The position numbers and the translations under genes are program-made. A stretch of DNA of 33,946 nucleotides from Bacteroidales bacterium (GTDB lineage Bacteria; Bacteroidota; Bacteroidia; Bacteroidales; WCHB1-69): the NCBI GenBank assembly GCA_031264975.1, contig JAISDH010000369.1, positions 1 to 33,946 on the forward strand, in the 5' to 3' direction. Position 1 is the first letter of the stretch; each line of letters starts with the position of its first letter. The notes beneath the pieces were generated by a model that did no database searches, had not been told where the DNA came from, and saw only the letters and a list, made by a program, of their open reading frames with translations. Positions 9,572 through 19,000 of the stretch are shown here, piece after piece.

Positions 9572-10099
9572 ATGAGAATAACTTTACTAGAAGAAGAATA
9601 TGAAACTGTGAGGGTGGGCAATTTAGAGATATTAAATAAGAATATCTACAGTCCAGATATAGCCGTTGAATACGATGGTAACTGCTATTTTGACTTTATA
9701 GGCGTTAAGGTAATTAGCGAACTTTTAGAAGGACAAGATACAAAATTTCGTGTACCTACAGATGATGACTTTGAATATCTTTACAACCTTGGCAGTCGAT
9801 GGGTGGAACAAGGAGAAGTGGGTAATAATCTTGCCGGGCGGTTTTTTGGGAAAAAGGCAAACATTGCAACAATGGACGATTTAAAAAACTGTATATTCTT
9901 GCCAGCGACAGGCTACTGTGACCCTCTTGCTGCGCTCGTCAGCCAAAATAACACTGCCTACTATTGGAGTAGTACGTGCTATAACAGTAGTAGTAGATAC
10001 GTCCAATGCTTCAATAATAACCTCGTGTATTCGTGGAACTACTACCACAAGGGCGACGGATTTTCCGTGCGTTGTGTTCGAGATGCTTATGGCTCATGA
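9572..10099 (+). CDS. FISUMP-type (Fibrobacter succinogenes major paralogous) domain protein, no signal peptide
   Basis: 175 aa. The blocks TVRVGNLEILNKNI, FRVPTDDDFEYL, IFLPATGY, YYWSST and GFSVRCVRD match the TIGR02145-type domain as I remember it. The N-terminus MRITLLEEEYE is not a signal or lipoprotein sequence. Confidence 0.55.
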   Translation: MRITLLEEEYETVRVGNLEILNKNIYSPDIAVEYDGNCYFDFIGVKVISELLEGQDTKFRVPTDDDFEYLYNLGSRWVEQGEVGNNLAGRFFGKKANIATMDDLKNCIFLPATGYCDPLAALVSQNNTAYYWSSTCYNSSSRYVQCFNNNLVYSWNYYHKGDGFSVRCVRDAYGS

Positions 10100-10191
10100 A
10101 ACAAAAGAGAAAGAACATTGAGAATACCATGGCGCCGACAGCCGTTCCTACGGCTTCTCTGTATGTTTAATTAAAAACTTAAAAATAAATC

Positions 10192-12204
10192 ATGAACATA
10201 GAAGATGAAAAATTATTAGGAAAAATCCTGAATTTTATACGGATGGGAAGTGTTTTGCTACTAGCTATGCACTGCTACTGGTTTTGCCACAAGTTATTTG
10301 TAACATTCGGGCTATATCATTCGTTTGTGGACAATATATTTGTTAAACTCCAAAACTCATCCGGTGTATTTGATGATTTGTGGATAACAAAAGTGTTATG
10401 TGTCCTGTTATTATTTGTTAGTTGTATAGGTAATAAAGGGAAAAAAAATGAAAAGATAGAAATCAACACCATCGCTTTTAGAGCGATACTTGGAGCAATA
10501 TTCTTCTTTTTCAATTTCTTAGTATTTAAATTAACCGGAGTATCCATTATGAAATACAGCATTTATTGTATTGCATTGATAACAGGGTATATATTGCTTC
10601 TTTCCGCTGCAATGTTAATTTCCAGACTCATCAAACACAATTTGATGAAAGATGTATTTAATGCTGAAAATGAGAGTTTTATGCAAGAGCAGAAATTGAT
10701 GGTTAATGAGTACTCTGTGAATATACCCACAAAGTTCTATTATCACTCACGTTGGCATAATGGATGGATAAATGTTGTAAATCCTTTTCGTGCAAGCTTT
10801 GTATTAGGAACTCCAGGTTCCGGCAAATCATTTGCCGTCATAAATAATTACATCAAACAACAAATTGAAAAAGGATTTGCTCTGTACATTTATGACTATA
10901 AATTCCCAGATTTGACTGAAATTGCATATAACCATTTACGTCTAAATTCGCAGGGTTATAAAAATGGCGTTACGCCTAAATTCTATATTATCAATTTTGA
11001 CGATCCGAGAAAAAGCCACCGGTGCAACCCCATACATCCGACATTCATGACGGATATCTCTGACGCTTACGAAAGCGCCCATGTCATCATGTTAAATCTC
11101 AATAAAACATGGATACAGAAACAAGGCGATTTCTTTGTGGAATCGCCAATTATCCTGTTGGCAGCTATTTTTTGGTATCTGAAAATTTATCAAAATGGGA
11201 AATACTGTACCTTCCCACACGCAATAGAATTTCTGAACAAAAAATATGCAGACATCTTTACCATTTTAACCTCATATCATGATTTGGAAAACTACCTGTC
11301 ACCGTTTATGGACGCATGGGAAGGTGGAGCGCAAGACCAATTACAAGGACAAATCGCATCTGCCAAAATTCCTCTTTCAAGAATGATTTCGAAACAACTT
11401 TACTGGGTAATGACAGGCGATGATTTTACACTTGACATAAATAATCCCCAAGAACCGAAGATTCTTTGTGTAGGAAACAATCCCGACCGTCAAAATATTT
11501 ACTCTGCAGCACTGGGCTTATACAATAGCCGTATTGTAAAATTAATCAATAAAAAAGGGCAACTCAAAAGTGGCGTTTTAATTGATGAGTTGCCGACTAT
11601 TTATTTTCGCGGATTGGATAACCTGATTGCCACAGCACGAAGTAATAAAGTGGCTGTTTGCCTCGGTTTTCAGGACTATTCACAACTTACACGCGATTAT
11701 GGCGACAAAGAAAGCAAGGTGATACAAAATACTGTTGGGAACGTTTTCTCCGGGCAAGTTGTTGGTGACACTGCCAAAAACTTGTCTGAAAGGTTTGGGA
11801 AAATTCTTCAACAAAGACAATCAATCAACATTAACCGACAAGACACAAGCACCTCTATAAGCACCCAAATGGATAGCCTTATTCCGGCAAGTAAAATAGC
11901 AGGTCTTTCACAAGGTATGTTTGTTGGGGCCGTTACCGATAATTTCGGAGAAGAAATAGAGCAAAAAATATTTCATGCAAAAATTCTTGTAGATGTAGAA
12001 CGGGTAAAAGCTGATGAAAAACGATATGTGAAATTACCCATTATAACATCATTTGTGGATGATACAGGAATTGACAGGTTAGATGAAATGATAGATAAAA
12101 ATTATGAGCAAATTAAAATTGATGTTACAAATATCGTAAATTCAGAATTGAATAGAATTGCGAATGACCCCAGCTTGTCGCATTTGATTGAAAAACAACA
12201 GTAA
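10192..12204 (+). CDS. mobC: Type IV coupling protein (TraG/TraD family; Bacteroides MobC)
   Basis: 670 aa with N-terminal TM helices. Walker A is GTPGSGKS and Walker B-like is VLIDELP. It is the last gene of the mob operon. Confidence 0.85.
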   Translation: MNIEDEKLLGKILNFIRMGSVLLLAMHCYWFCHKLFVTFGLYHSFVDNIFVKLQNSSGVFDDLWITKVLCVLLLFVSCIGNKGKKNEKIEINTIAFRAILGAIFFFFNFLVFKLTGVSIMKYSIYCIALITGYILLLSAAMLISRLIKHNLMKDVFNAENESFMQEQKLMVNEYSVNIPTKFYYHSRWHNGWINVVNPFRASFVLGTPGSGKSFAVINNYIKQQIEKGFALYIYDYKFPDLTEIAYNHLRLNSQGYKNGVTPKFYIINFDDPRKSHRCNPIHPTFMTDISDAYESAHVIMLNLNKTWIQKQGDFFVESPIILLAAIFWYLKIYQNGKYCTFPHAIEFLNKKYADIFTILTSYHDLENYLSPFMDAWEGGAQDQLQGQIASAKIPLSRMISKQLYWVMTGDDFTLDINNPQEPKILCVGNNPDRQNIYSAALGLYNSRIVKLINKKGQLKSGVLIDELPTIYFRGLDNLIATARSNKVAVCLGFQDYSQLTRDYGDKESKVIQNTVGNVFSGQVVGDTAKNLSERFGKILQQRQSININRQDTSTSISTQMDSLIPASKIAGLSQGMFVGAVTDNFGEEIEQKIFHAKILVDVERVKADEKRYVKLPIITSFVDDTGIDRLDEMIDKNYEQIKIDVTNIVNSELNRIANDPSLSHLIEKQQ

Positions 12205-12233
12205 TTAGAACGTCGAATAGAAATCAATCCGAA

Positions 12234-12267
12234 ATCACAAAATATTATAAGATTTTGTGATGTTTTT
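12234..12267 (+). terminator. Rho-independent terminator of the mob operon
   Basis: ATCACAAAAT (12234-12243), an 8-nt loop, then ATTTTGTGAT (12252-12261). This is a perfect 10-bp stem followed by GTTTTT, 30 nt after the mobC stop. Confidence 0.7.
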
Positions 12268-12284
12268 CATATTTATAAATTAAA

Positions 12285-12312
12285 AATTATTAATATTATA
12301 ATATTAATAATT
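12285..12312. repeat. Perfect 28-bp A/T-only palindrome
   Basis: AATTATTAATATTA|TAATATTAATAATT is a perfect reverse complement about its centre. It sits in a tract (12271-12415) where I count four G and no C. Confidence 0.9.
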
Positions 12313-12389
12313 AATATATTAATATGAATTTATGATTTTAATGAATAAAATATTATATTAATTATAATAAAATATAAATAATATATTAT

Positions 12390-12397
12390 TATATTTG
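12390..12397 (+). promoter_or_regulatory. Bacteroidetes -7 promoter box (TAnnTTTG) for the 12416 operon
   Basis: TATATTTG lies 19 nt upstream of the ATG at 12416 and downstream of the mob terminator. Confidence 0.45.
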
Positions 12398-12415
12398 TAA
12401 AAAAATATAATAATT

Positions 12416-13555
12416 ATGGAAAACAACATAAAAAAAGAAAACAATCCTAAAAAAGAAAAAAAGGAATCAAAACAAACGATAGCGGAAGCACTATTTGGCG
12501 TTACTGTCGATGAACGCGACGGATTAATCAATAACGCGTATCGAAATTTCATGGAGAAATATCATCGTGAGCCCAGAATTCCGATAGACAAATTCAAAAA
12601 GATGTGGGCAGATTTTGAAAAACTCGGACTTACTATGCTTAAATTGCAACAAGCCGAAGCCATGCCACAGCTTATTGACGGTAAAACTACTGAAAAAGTT
12701 TTACCAATCACGATAGAAGTGGCTGGAGCCAGAATAGACACAGAGGGAAAAATTGTTTTGCATAAAAATAAAGACGGTGAAGTTTCTTTGAAATTATATC
12801 CAATAAAAAACGAACCGAATTTAAAAGAGTATTTCGGACATGTTTTTACGAACGAAGAGCGTGAAAATATTCTAAAAACAGGCTCGCCGGGCACAGTAGT
12901 TTATGCTGAGTTTAATAAGGAAGAAGGTAAAGTGCCGGTTCTTTTAACACTGGACAGAGATACTAATCATTTTGTTGCACAACGAAAAGAATACATTAAA
13001 ATTCCTGACACATTCTTCCAAGTAAAATTGTCGGAAGAACAAAAACAACAATTGAGCGAGGGGAAGATTGTCAGAATAGAAGGTATGAAATCACTTGAAA
13101 AACAGAAAGCCTTTTCCACAAATGTGGTATATAACGCTCAAAGAAGAGGGCTTGAATTACTGTTTGAAAATCAAGCAAAGAAACTTTTTCCGCCAAAAAA
13201 AATATCGAATATGGAACTAACCGAACAGCAGCAAGACGCTTTGAAAGGAGGTAAGAGCATATTTGTGGAAAATTTGACAGATAAACAAGGACGAAAGTAC
13301 GATGCTTATATAACGTGGAATAATAAGAATGGGATGCTGAATTTTTCATCAAAAAATCCGAATGATGATACTATAAAGAAAACTGTAACACCTGAACACA
13401 AAGTTCAGGTGGCTGCTAACAACGATGGCCATAAACCGGAAGCCCTGAAGAATGTAAAAGGAGCTGTAGAAAAGAAACAGCCTGATACCCCAACGGCAAA
13501 ACAAAAGCAAGAAAAAACTGCTATAACTCCGAAGAAAAAAGGCATGAAAATGTAA
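12416..13555 (+). CDS. DUF4099/DUF3945-type conjugative-element protein
   Basis: 379 aa. It has repeated modules of the form [hT-EQ..L..GK.I.h....K.GK.Y.A.h], namely VKLSEEQKQQLSEGKIVRIEG... and MELTEQQQDALKGGKSIFVENLTDKQGRKYDAYITW. The N- and C-termini are Lys-rich and the tail is TPKKKGMKM. Confidence 0.6.
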   Translation: MENNIKKENNPKKEKKESKQTIAEALFGVTVDERDGLINNAYRNFMEKYHREPRIPIDKFKKMWADFEKLGLTMLKLQQAEAMPQLIDGKTTEKVLPITIEVAGARIDTEGKIVLHKNKDGEVSLKLYPIKNEPNLKEYFGHVFTNEERENILKTGSPGTVVYAEFNKEEGKVPVLLTLDRDTNHFVAQRKEYIKIPDTFFQVKLSEEQKQQLSEGKIVRIEGMKSLEKQKAFSTNVVYNAQRRGLELLFENQAKKLFPPKKISNMELTEQQQDALKGGKSIFVENLTDKQGRKYDAYITWNNKNGMLNFSSKNPNDDTIKKTVTPEHKVQVAANNDGHKPEALKNVKGAVEKKQPDTPTAKQKQEKTAITPKKKGMKM

Positions 13556-13622
13556 TAAATTCAAATAGAGAAAACGGCCGGAAAGAATAACACATTGAAA
13601 TTATAGAGCATCATAATGCAAG

Positions 13623-14282
13623 ATGGATGGAGTAAGCAATATAGAAATAATAAATTCCCGATTCAACGACGAGTTGCAACGGCAAATTGCCGGAATGCTA
13701 CCGAAGGTACATACTTACCAATTAGGAAATGCCGGAGATATTTTGCAGTCGGCATCAATTCCAAACCTTCCCGTCGAACTACAGGCATCGCGCCTTAGTG
13801 ACAAGTCCATGCAGGAAAACCATCCGTTTGATTTATCGGAGATAAAGGATTTACCTAAAGCAATTCAAAATCCCATGGCCGTACTTCGTAGTGCCACCCA
13901 TATTGGAAGCTATGTGATTATGACTGAAATTGAGCACGAGGGGAAGAATTACGTAGTCGCGTTACAAGCTAATAAAAGAAAAGGAAGTATTGAAATAAAC
14001 GATATAAGAAGTGTCCACTATCGTCGGACAAATGCTCATATAGCCAATTGGATTGATGAAGGATTATTGGAATATGCTGATAAGAAAAAATTAACCGGTT
14101 GGATTAACAAACAGCGGTACAATTCCGCTGAGGTTACTAATTCAACCGGTAATCTATTTAAACATGCAGCAAAGATAATAGAAAATTTTGAAAATCCAAA
14201 ATTATTGGATACAAATTTACATCATTCTGCTGAAAACTCTTTAAATAAAAAAAAATATGGTAATTTTAAACAAAAATGGTGA
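13623..14282 (+). CDS. Hypothetical protein, possibly a polyvalent-protein-associated (MuF-C/PBECR-like) domain
   Basis: 219 aa. The block HPFDLSEIKDLPKAIQNPMAVLRSATHIGSYVIMTEIEHEGKNYVVALQ...INDIRSVHYR resembles domains found at the ends of phage/ICE polyvalent proteins. This call is from memory only. Its 3' end overlaps the next gene by 26 nt across an A9 run. Confidence 0.45.
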   Translation: MDGVSNIEIINSRFNDELQRQIAGMLPKVHTYQLGNAGDILQSASIPNLPVELQASRLSDKSMQENHPFDLSEIKDLPKAIQNPMAVLRSATHIGSYVIMTEIEHEGKNYVVALQANKRKGSIEINDIRSVHYRRTNAHIANWIDEGLLEYADKKKLTGWINKQRYNSAEVTNSTGNLFKHAAKIIENFENPKLLDTNLHHSAENSLNKKKYGNFKQKW

Positions 14283-15126
14283 GCGTGAAGTCATCGTTCC
14301 CAGTGACCCCAAAACGTCTCTTGAAACACTTACGGTGTTGGCAAAAGATGAAGACGTGGCCGTTCGTCGGGCTGTGGCTGAAAATCCCAATGCACTGGCG
14401 GAAACGCTTGCGACATTGGCAAAAGATAAAGAAGGATTGGTGCGCATGCGTGTTGCTGAAAATCCCAATGCACTGGCGGAAACGCTTGCGACATTGGCAA
14501 AAGACAAAGATGTGGACGTTCGCCGGACTGTTGCCGAAAATCACCATACGCCGGCTAAAATGCTTGCAACACTGGCAAAGGACAAAGAGGTGGGCGTTCG
14601 CCAGGGTGTCGCGAATAATCCAAGTACACCAGCTAAAATGCTTGCAACACTGGCAAAAGACAAAATGAATAATGTCCGTGCGGCTGTTGCTAAAAATCCT
14701 ATGACACCAGTTGATGCACTTATTGCATTAGCAAAAGACGAAGATTCGGACATTCGATGGGCAGTCACTAAAAACCCCTATGCTTTTCCTGAGTTGCTTG
14801 CAATATTGGCAAAAGATAAAGATTTAGGTGTCCGTGTATCTGCTACTCGTTCTGATAATTTTGTACCACCTCACATCCCATCCAAGATTGGAAATGTCGA
14901 AATAACTGCTGAGCAACGCTTGGCATTACAAGAAGGAAAAGGGATTGAGATAAAAGGAATAAAAGATAAAGCAGGGAAATTATATGATACCACTTACGTT
15001 ATTATTGAACAAAAGACAAATAAAATCAAATTACTACAGCAACAGGATAAAAATAAATTTCAAAAAGCACAAATTAAGTCTGCTGCTAAAATTGCTCCGA
15101 TAAAAAGAAAAGGAATAAAAATATAA
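14257..15126 (+). CDS. LRV/HEAT-like repeat protein with DUF3945-like C-terminal module (paralog A)
   Basis: 289 aa. Seven 26-aa units have the consensus NPNxxxExLAxLAKDxDxxVRxxVAx. They are followed by IGNVEITAEQRLALQEGKGIEIKGIKDKAGKLYDTTYVII and the tail APIKRKGIKI. Confidence 0.8.
   Translation: MVILNKNGEREVIVPSDPKTSLETLTVLAKDEDVAVRRAVAENPNALAETLATLAKDKEGLVRMRVAENPNALAETLATLAKDKDVDVRRTVAENHHTPAKMLATLAKDKEVGVRQGVANNPSTPAKMLATLAKDKMNNVRAAVAKNPMTPVDALIALAKDEDSDIRWAVTKNPYAFPELLAILAKDKDLGVRVSATRSDNFVPPHIPSKIGNVEITAEQRLALQEGKGIEIKGIKDKAGKLYDTTYVIIEQKTNKIKLLQQQDKNKFQKAQIKSAAKIAPIKRKGIKI
14305..14850 (+). repeat. In-frame 78-bp tandem repeat array (7 units)
   Basis: The period was measured directly: AATCCCAATGCACTGGCGG occurs at 14383 and 14461, and the next unit starts at 14539. 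Units are 60-100% identical. Confidence 0.9.
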
Positions 15127-15143
15127 TCAATTCAAATAATATT

Positions 15144-16040
15144 ATGAGAAAAAACATGGAGAATATAGAAAATTTGCCTGCTGAAATGCTTATGACGTTG
15201 GCAAAAGATGAAGACGTGGCCGTTCGTCGGGCTGTGGCTGAAAATCCCAATGCACTGGCGGAAACGCTTGCGACATTGGCAAAAGATGAAGATGGGCGTG
15301 TTCGCACGCACGTTGCTAAAAATCTCAACACATCGGTGGAAGCACTTGCAACGTTGGCAAAAGATGAAGATTGGGAGATTCGCATGCACGTTGCCGGTAA
15401 TTCCAATGCACCGGTTGACATACTTGCCGCATTAGCAGAAAACAAAGAGGGATTGGTGCGCATGCGTGTTGCTGAAAATCCCAATGCACTGGCGAAAACG
15501 CTTGCGACATTGGCAAAAGATGAAAATTGGCGTGTTCGCACGCACGTTGCTGAAAATCTCAACACACCGGTGGAAGCACTTGCAACGTTGGCAAAAGATA
15601 AAGATCCGAATATTCGAAAGAGTGTTGCTGGACATCTTAATACATCTATTGATGTACTTGCAGAATTGGCAAAAGACAAAGAGGCGATGGTACGCATAGC
15701 TATTGCTAGAAATCCCAATGCACCGGCGGCAACGCTTGCGACATTGGCAAAAGATGAAGATCAGGATGTTCGCATGCGTGCGGAAACACTTGCAAAAATC
15801 CCATCCAAGATTGGAAATGTTGAAATAACCGCAGAGCAACGCTTGGCATTACAAGAAGGAAAAGGTATTGAGATAAAAGGAATAAAAGATAAAGCAGGGA
15901 AAGCGTATGACACCACTTACGTTATTATTGACCAAAAGACAAAAAAAATCAAATTACTGCAACAACAGGATAAAAAGAAATTTCAAATTAAGTCTGTTGC
16001 TAAAATTGCTCCGATAAAAAGAAAAGGAATAAAAATATAA
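15144..16040 (+). CDS. LRV/HEAT-like repeat protein with DUF3945-like C-terminal module (paralog B)
   Basis: 298 aa with about eight 26-aa units. The C-terminal 80 aa are nearly identical to paralog A and the tail is the same, APIKRKGIKI. Confidence 0.8.
   Translation: MRKNMENIENLPAEMLMTLAKDEDVAVRRAVAENPNALAETLATLAKDEDGRVRTHVAKNLNTSVEALATLAKDEDWEIRMHVAGNSNAPVDILAALAENKEGLVRMRVAENPNALAKTLATLAKDENWRVRTHVAENLNTPVEALATLAKDKDPNIRKSVAGHLNTSIDVLAELAKDKEAMVRIAIARNPNAPAATLATLAKDEDQDVRMRAETLAKIPSKIGNVEITAEQRLALQEGKGIEIKGIKDKAGKAYDTTYVIIDQKTKKIKLLQQQDKKKFQIKSVAKIAPIKRKGIKI
15174..15782 (+). repeat. In-frame 78-bp tandem repeat array with a 234-bp higher-order duplication
   Basis: The block starting at 15237 recurs at 15471, an offset of 234 = 3 x 78. 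I count about six mismatches over the first ~135 nt. Confidence 0.85.
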
Positions 16041-16085
16041 TTCCATAATTCCACTACGTACGGTTACAAGATTTATTGAGGAAAA

Positions 16086-19000
16086 ATGGCATACTCTAAA
16101 AAACATCAACTGCAACAAAATGTTGAAGTAATAAAACAATTATTGTTGCTCGAAATTCTAAAACAAAAAGCTATTCCTGAGCAACTTGATTTATTTAAAC
16201 GTTTCTCCGGGTTCGGAGCGCTAAAATGTATTTTATTACCGACAGAAAAGGAAGAAGACAAACAGCACTGGCCGAAATCAGAACTTGAACTATTTCCTTT
16301 GGCTCAAGAACTACACCGTGTTCTTGCAACACATGAACTACAAGGGGCGGGGGACTACAAGCGTTATATGGATAGTATTAAAAACTCCGTACTCACAGCG
16401 TTTTACACATCATCGGAGATAGTGCAATCTATTGCGACTTCACTGTCCGCAGCGGGCATACAGGCAACAAACATTCTTGACCCCTCCGCAGGTGCTACCG
16501 GGCAGTTTGTCCAGGACTTCAAAGCAGTTTTTCCGCAAAGTAATATTGTAGGCTATGAGAAAGACCTTATTTCAGGGAAAATTTTGCAACATCTATACTC
16601 CAATGAGAAAATACACATAGCAGGCTTTGAAACTATCCCGGGGGGGAGTAATGACCGTTTCGATATTGTCGCTTCTAACATCCCCTTTGGGGATATTTCT
16701 GTGCCTGATACTGCGTTTCATTTGAGTAAGGAGCCCACTCGGCAACTGGCTGCCCGGCATATTCATAATTATTTCTTTCTTAAAGGTATAGATACTTTGC
16801 ACGAGGGTGGGATACTGGCTTTTATTACTTCACAGGGTGTGGCTGACGCTCCGGCGAACAAGCCCATCCGGGAGTGGCTGATGAGCAAAGCTAACCTCGT
16901 TTCGGCAATACGGTTACCCAATAACTTGTTTTTGGAAAATGCCGGCACGGAAGTCGGGAGCGACCTGATTATTTTACAGAAAAACTCCCGCAAAGCGCAG
17001 CTTTCGGATAATGAAAAACAGTTTATAGAAACAGGACAAACCAAAGCGGGGATTGGCATTAATAAGTATATTTATAACCGGGCAAATTTAATTTTTACTG
17101 ATACTAAAATCGGAACAGACCCCTACGGCAAGCCTGCCGTTATTTTGACCCATAGCGGTGGCGTTCCCGGTATCGCCGCAGATTTGAAGAAAAACCTTAT
17201 TCGTGATTTTTCGGGAAAATTGGATATTAGCCTGTACCAGCAACATGCATCCGTTAATGTCAATCAACCACAACCAAAGCAACAGGCGCCATCATCAGAG
17301 CCAATATTGACGCTCTATGACCTGTTCGGGTTCTCGACCCCATCTGCGCAGCAGGCAATTTTGCCGAAGCCACCCGAACAGGCGGCAGACCCCAAACCAC
17401 AATCGCAAAAATATACCGGAAAAATTGCGGGATACCATAAACCCGGCGCCCTGGTCAAAAATGACCGGTCGGAAGTGGGAGTATTAAGTACGGATGCAGA
17501 CAATAATTTTATCTTTACTCCGCTACTATTGCAGGAAAACAGGGACAAAATCGCACACTACATTGACGTCCGTGATGCTTACTATAGCTTGTATTCTACC
17601 GAACAGATTACACAAACTGAAAATCAAAGCGGGCGTGAGCGCCTGAACCAACTTTATGATGAATTTATTGCACGCTATGGTGTGCTCAATAGCAAGGAGA
17701 ATCGCACACTTGTTGATATGGATGCCAACCGTGTCGAGATGCTTGCTGTCGAGCGTTTGAAAGATGAGCATTACGTTAAAACTGATATTTTTCACAGACC
17801 GGTTGCATTTGCGCAGCACGTTGAAATTGCCACACCCGAAGAAGCCTTGCTCGCCTCGCTTGACAGATACGGTGAAGTACGGCTTGACTTTATTAGCAAA
17901 GAGGTTAACATTTCTGAAGAGGAAGCGTTCCGGCAGCTTGAGAACAAAATTTACTATAATCCGCTCAGTAAGGCAAATTACGAAATTGCTGCTAAATTTC
18001 TATCGGGCAATATCGTAGAAAAAATTGACGCATTTTCCGATTTTGTACGACGGAATGGCGAGAGCGAACAACTCGCAAATTCCATCGCTGCTTTGCAGAA
18101 GGTTATTCCCGAAAAAATTCCGTTTGAATTATTAGAGTTCAACTTCGGGGAGCGTTGGATACCGGGGAAAGTATACAACGAATTTGCAACTCATTTGTTC
18201 CAAACTGAAACGGAGGTGCGATACTATACAGCATCCGATGAATTTGTAGTAAAAGTACAAGGTCATGCTACGGCAGAAATTTACAACAAGTATAACATCC
18301 GTACAGAGGCTCGCAATTATAACGGCATAAAATTAATGCAATATGCATTGCATAATACCACGCCCAATGTGACGAAAACCGTTGAAATTAATGGCGAGGA
18401 ACACAAGGTGCGCGACACACAAGCAATACAGCGTATAAATGCAAAAACTGAAGAAATTCGCAATGAATTTACCAAATGGCTGAATCAACAACCGCAGGCA
18501 TTCAAGGATGAAATTACGGATTTGTATAATCGAAAATTTAACAGTTTTGTAAAAGCGACGTATGATGGCACGCATCAAACCCTGCCCGGTTTATCCTTTG
18601 AAAAGTTCAAGTACAAATCCCTTTATGATAGCCAAAAAAATGCCGTTTGGATGCTCAAACAAAACGGCGGTGGCATTATAGACCACGAAGTGGGCGGTGG
18701 GAAAACAATGATTATGTGCTGTGCTGCTCATGAAATGAAGCGGCTCGGCTTAGCCAACCGCCCGATGATTATCGGGCTCAAGGCCAACATACAGGCGATT
18801 GCTGAAACCTACCGGGACGCCTACCCTGACGCTAAAATTCTGTATCCGGGCAAAGGTGATTTCACAGTGAACAACCGGGAAAAATTTATCAATAAAATAA
18901 AAAACAACGATTGGGACTGTGTTATCCTGACGCATGAACAATTCGGGAACATTCCGCAGTCGCTGAAGGTGCAAAAGAGCATTTTAAACGAAGAACTTGA

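Noticed and set aside
12358-13564. Minus-strand ORFs 12358-12552, 12562-12894, 13071-13352 and 13349-13564, opposite the DUF3945-type gene.
   Set aside because: The plus-strand ORF is continuous (379 aa), has a promoter box and recognisable repeated modules. The antisense ORFs are Phe/Ser/Leu-rich mirror translations of a Lys/Glu-rich gene.
14305-15782. Regularly spaced repeats that could superficially suggest a CRISPR array.
   Set aside because: The period is 78 bp with no unique spacers. The whole unit is repeated with graded divergence, is in frame and translates to a protein-repeat consensus. No cas genes or leader are present.
14241-15839. Long ORFs in other frames and on the antisense strand across the LRV arrays. 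Examples are 14241-14507(-), 14266-14547(-), 14276-14668(+), 14541-14768(-), 15086-15718(-, 210 aa), 15132-15389(-), 15208-15435(+) and 15432-15839(-).
   Set aside because: They are a by-product of the 78-bp periodic, GCN/AAR-rich repeat, which lacks stop codons in several frames. Their translations are themselves repeats ([18 protein letters not shown]...), with no start context or independent motif. The sense frame gives a coherent LRV-like consensus continuous with non-repeat N- and C-terminal domains. An overprinted antisense gene cannot be formally excluded without expression data.
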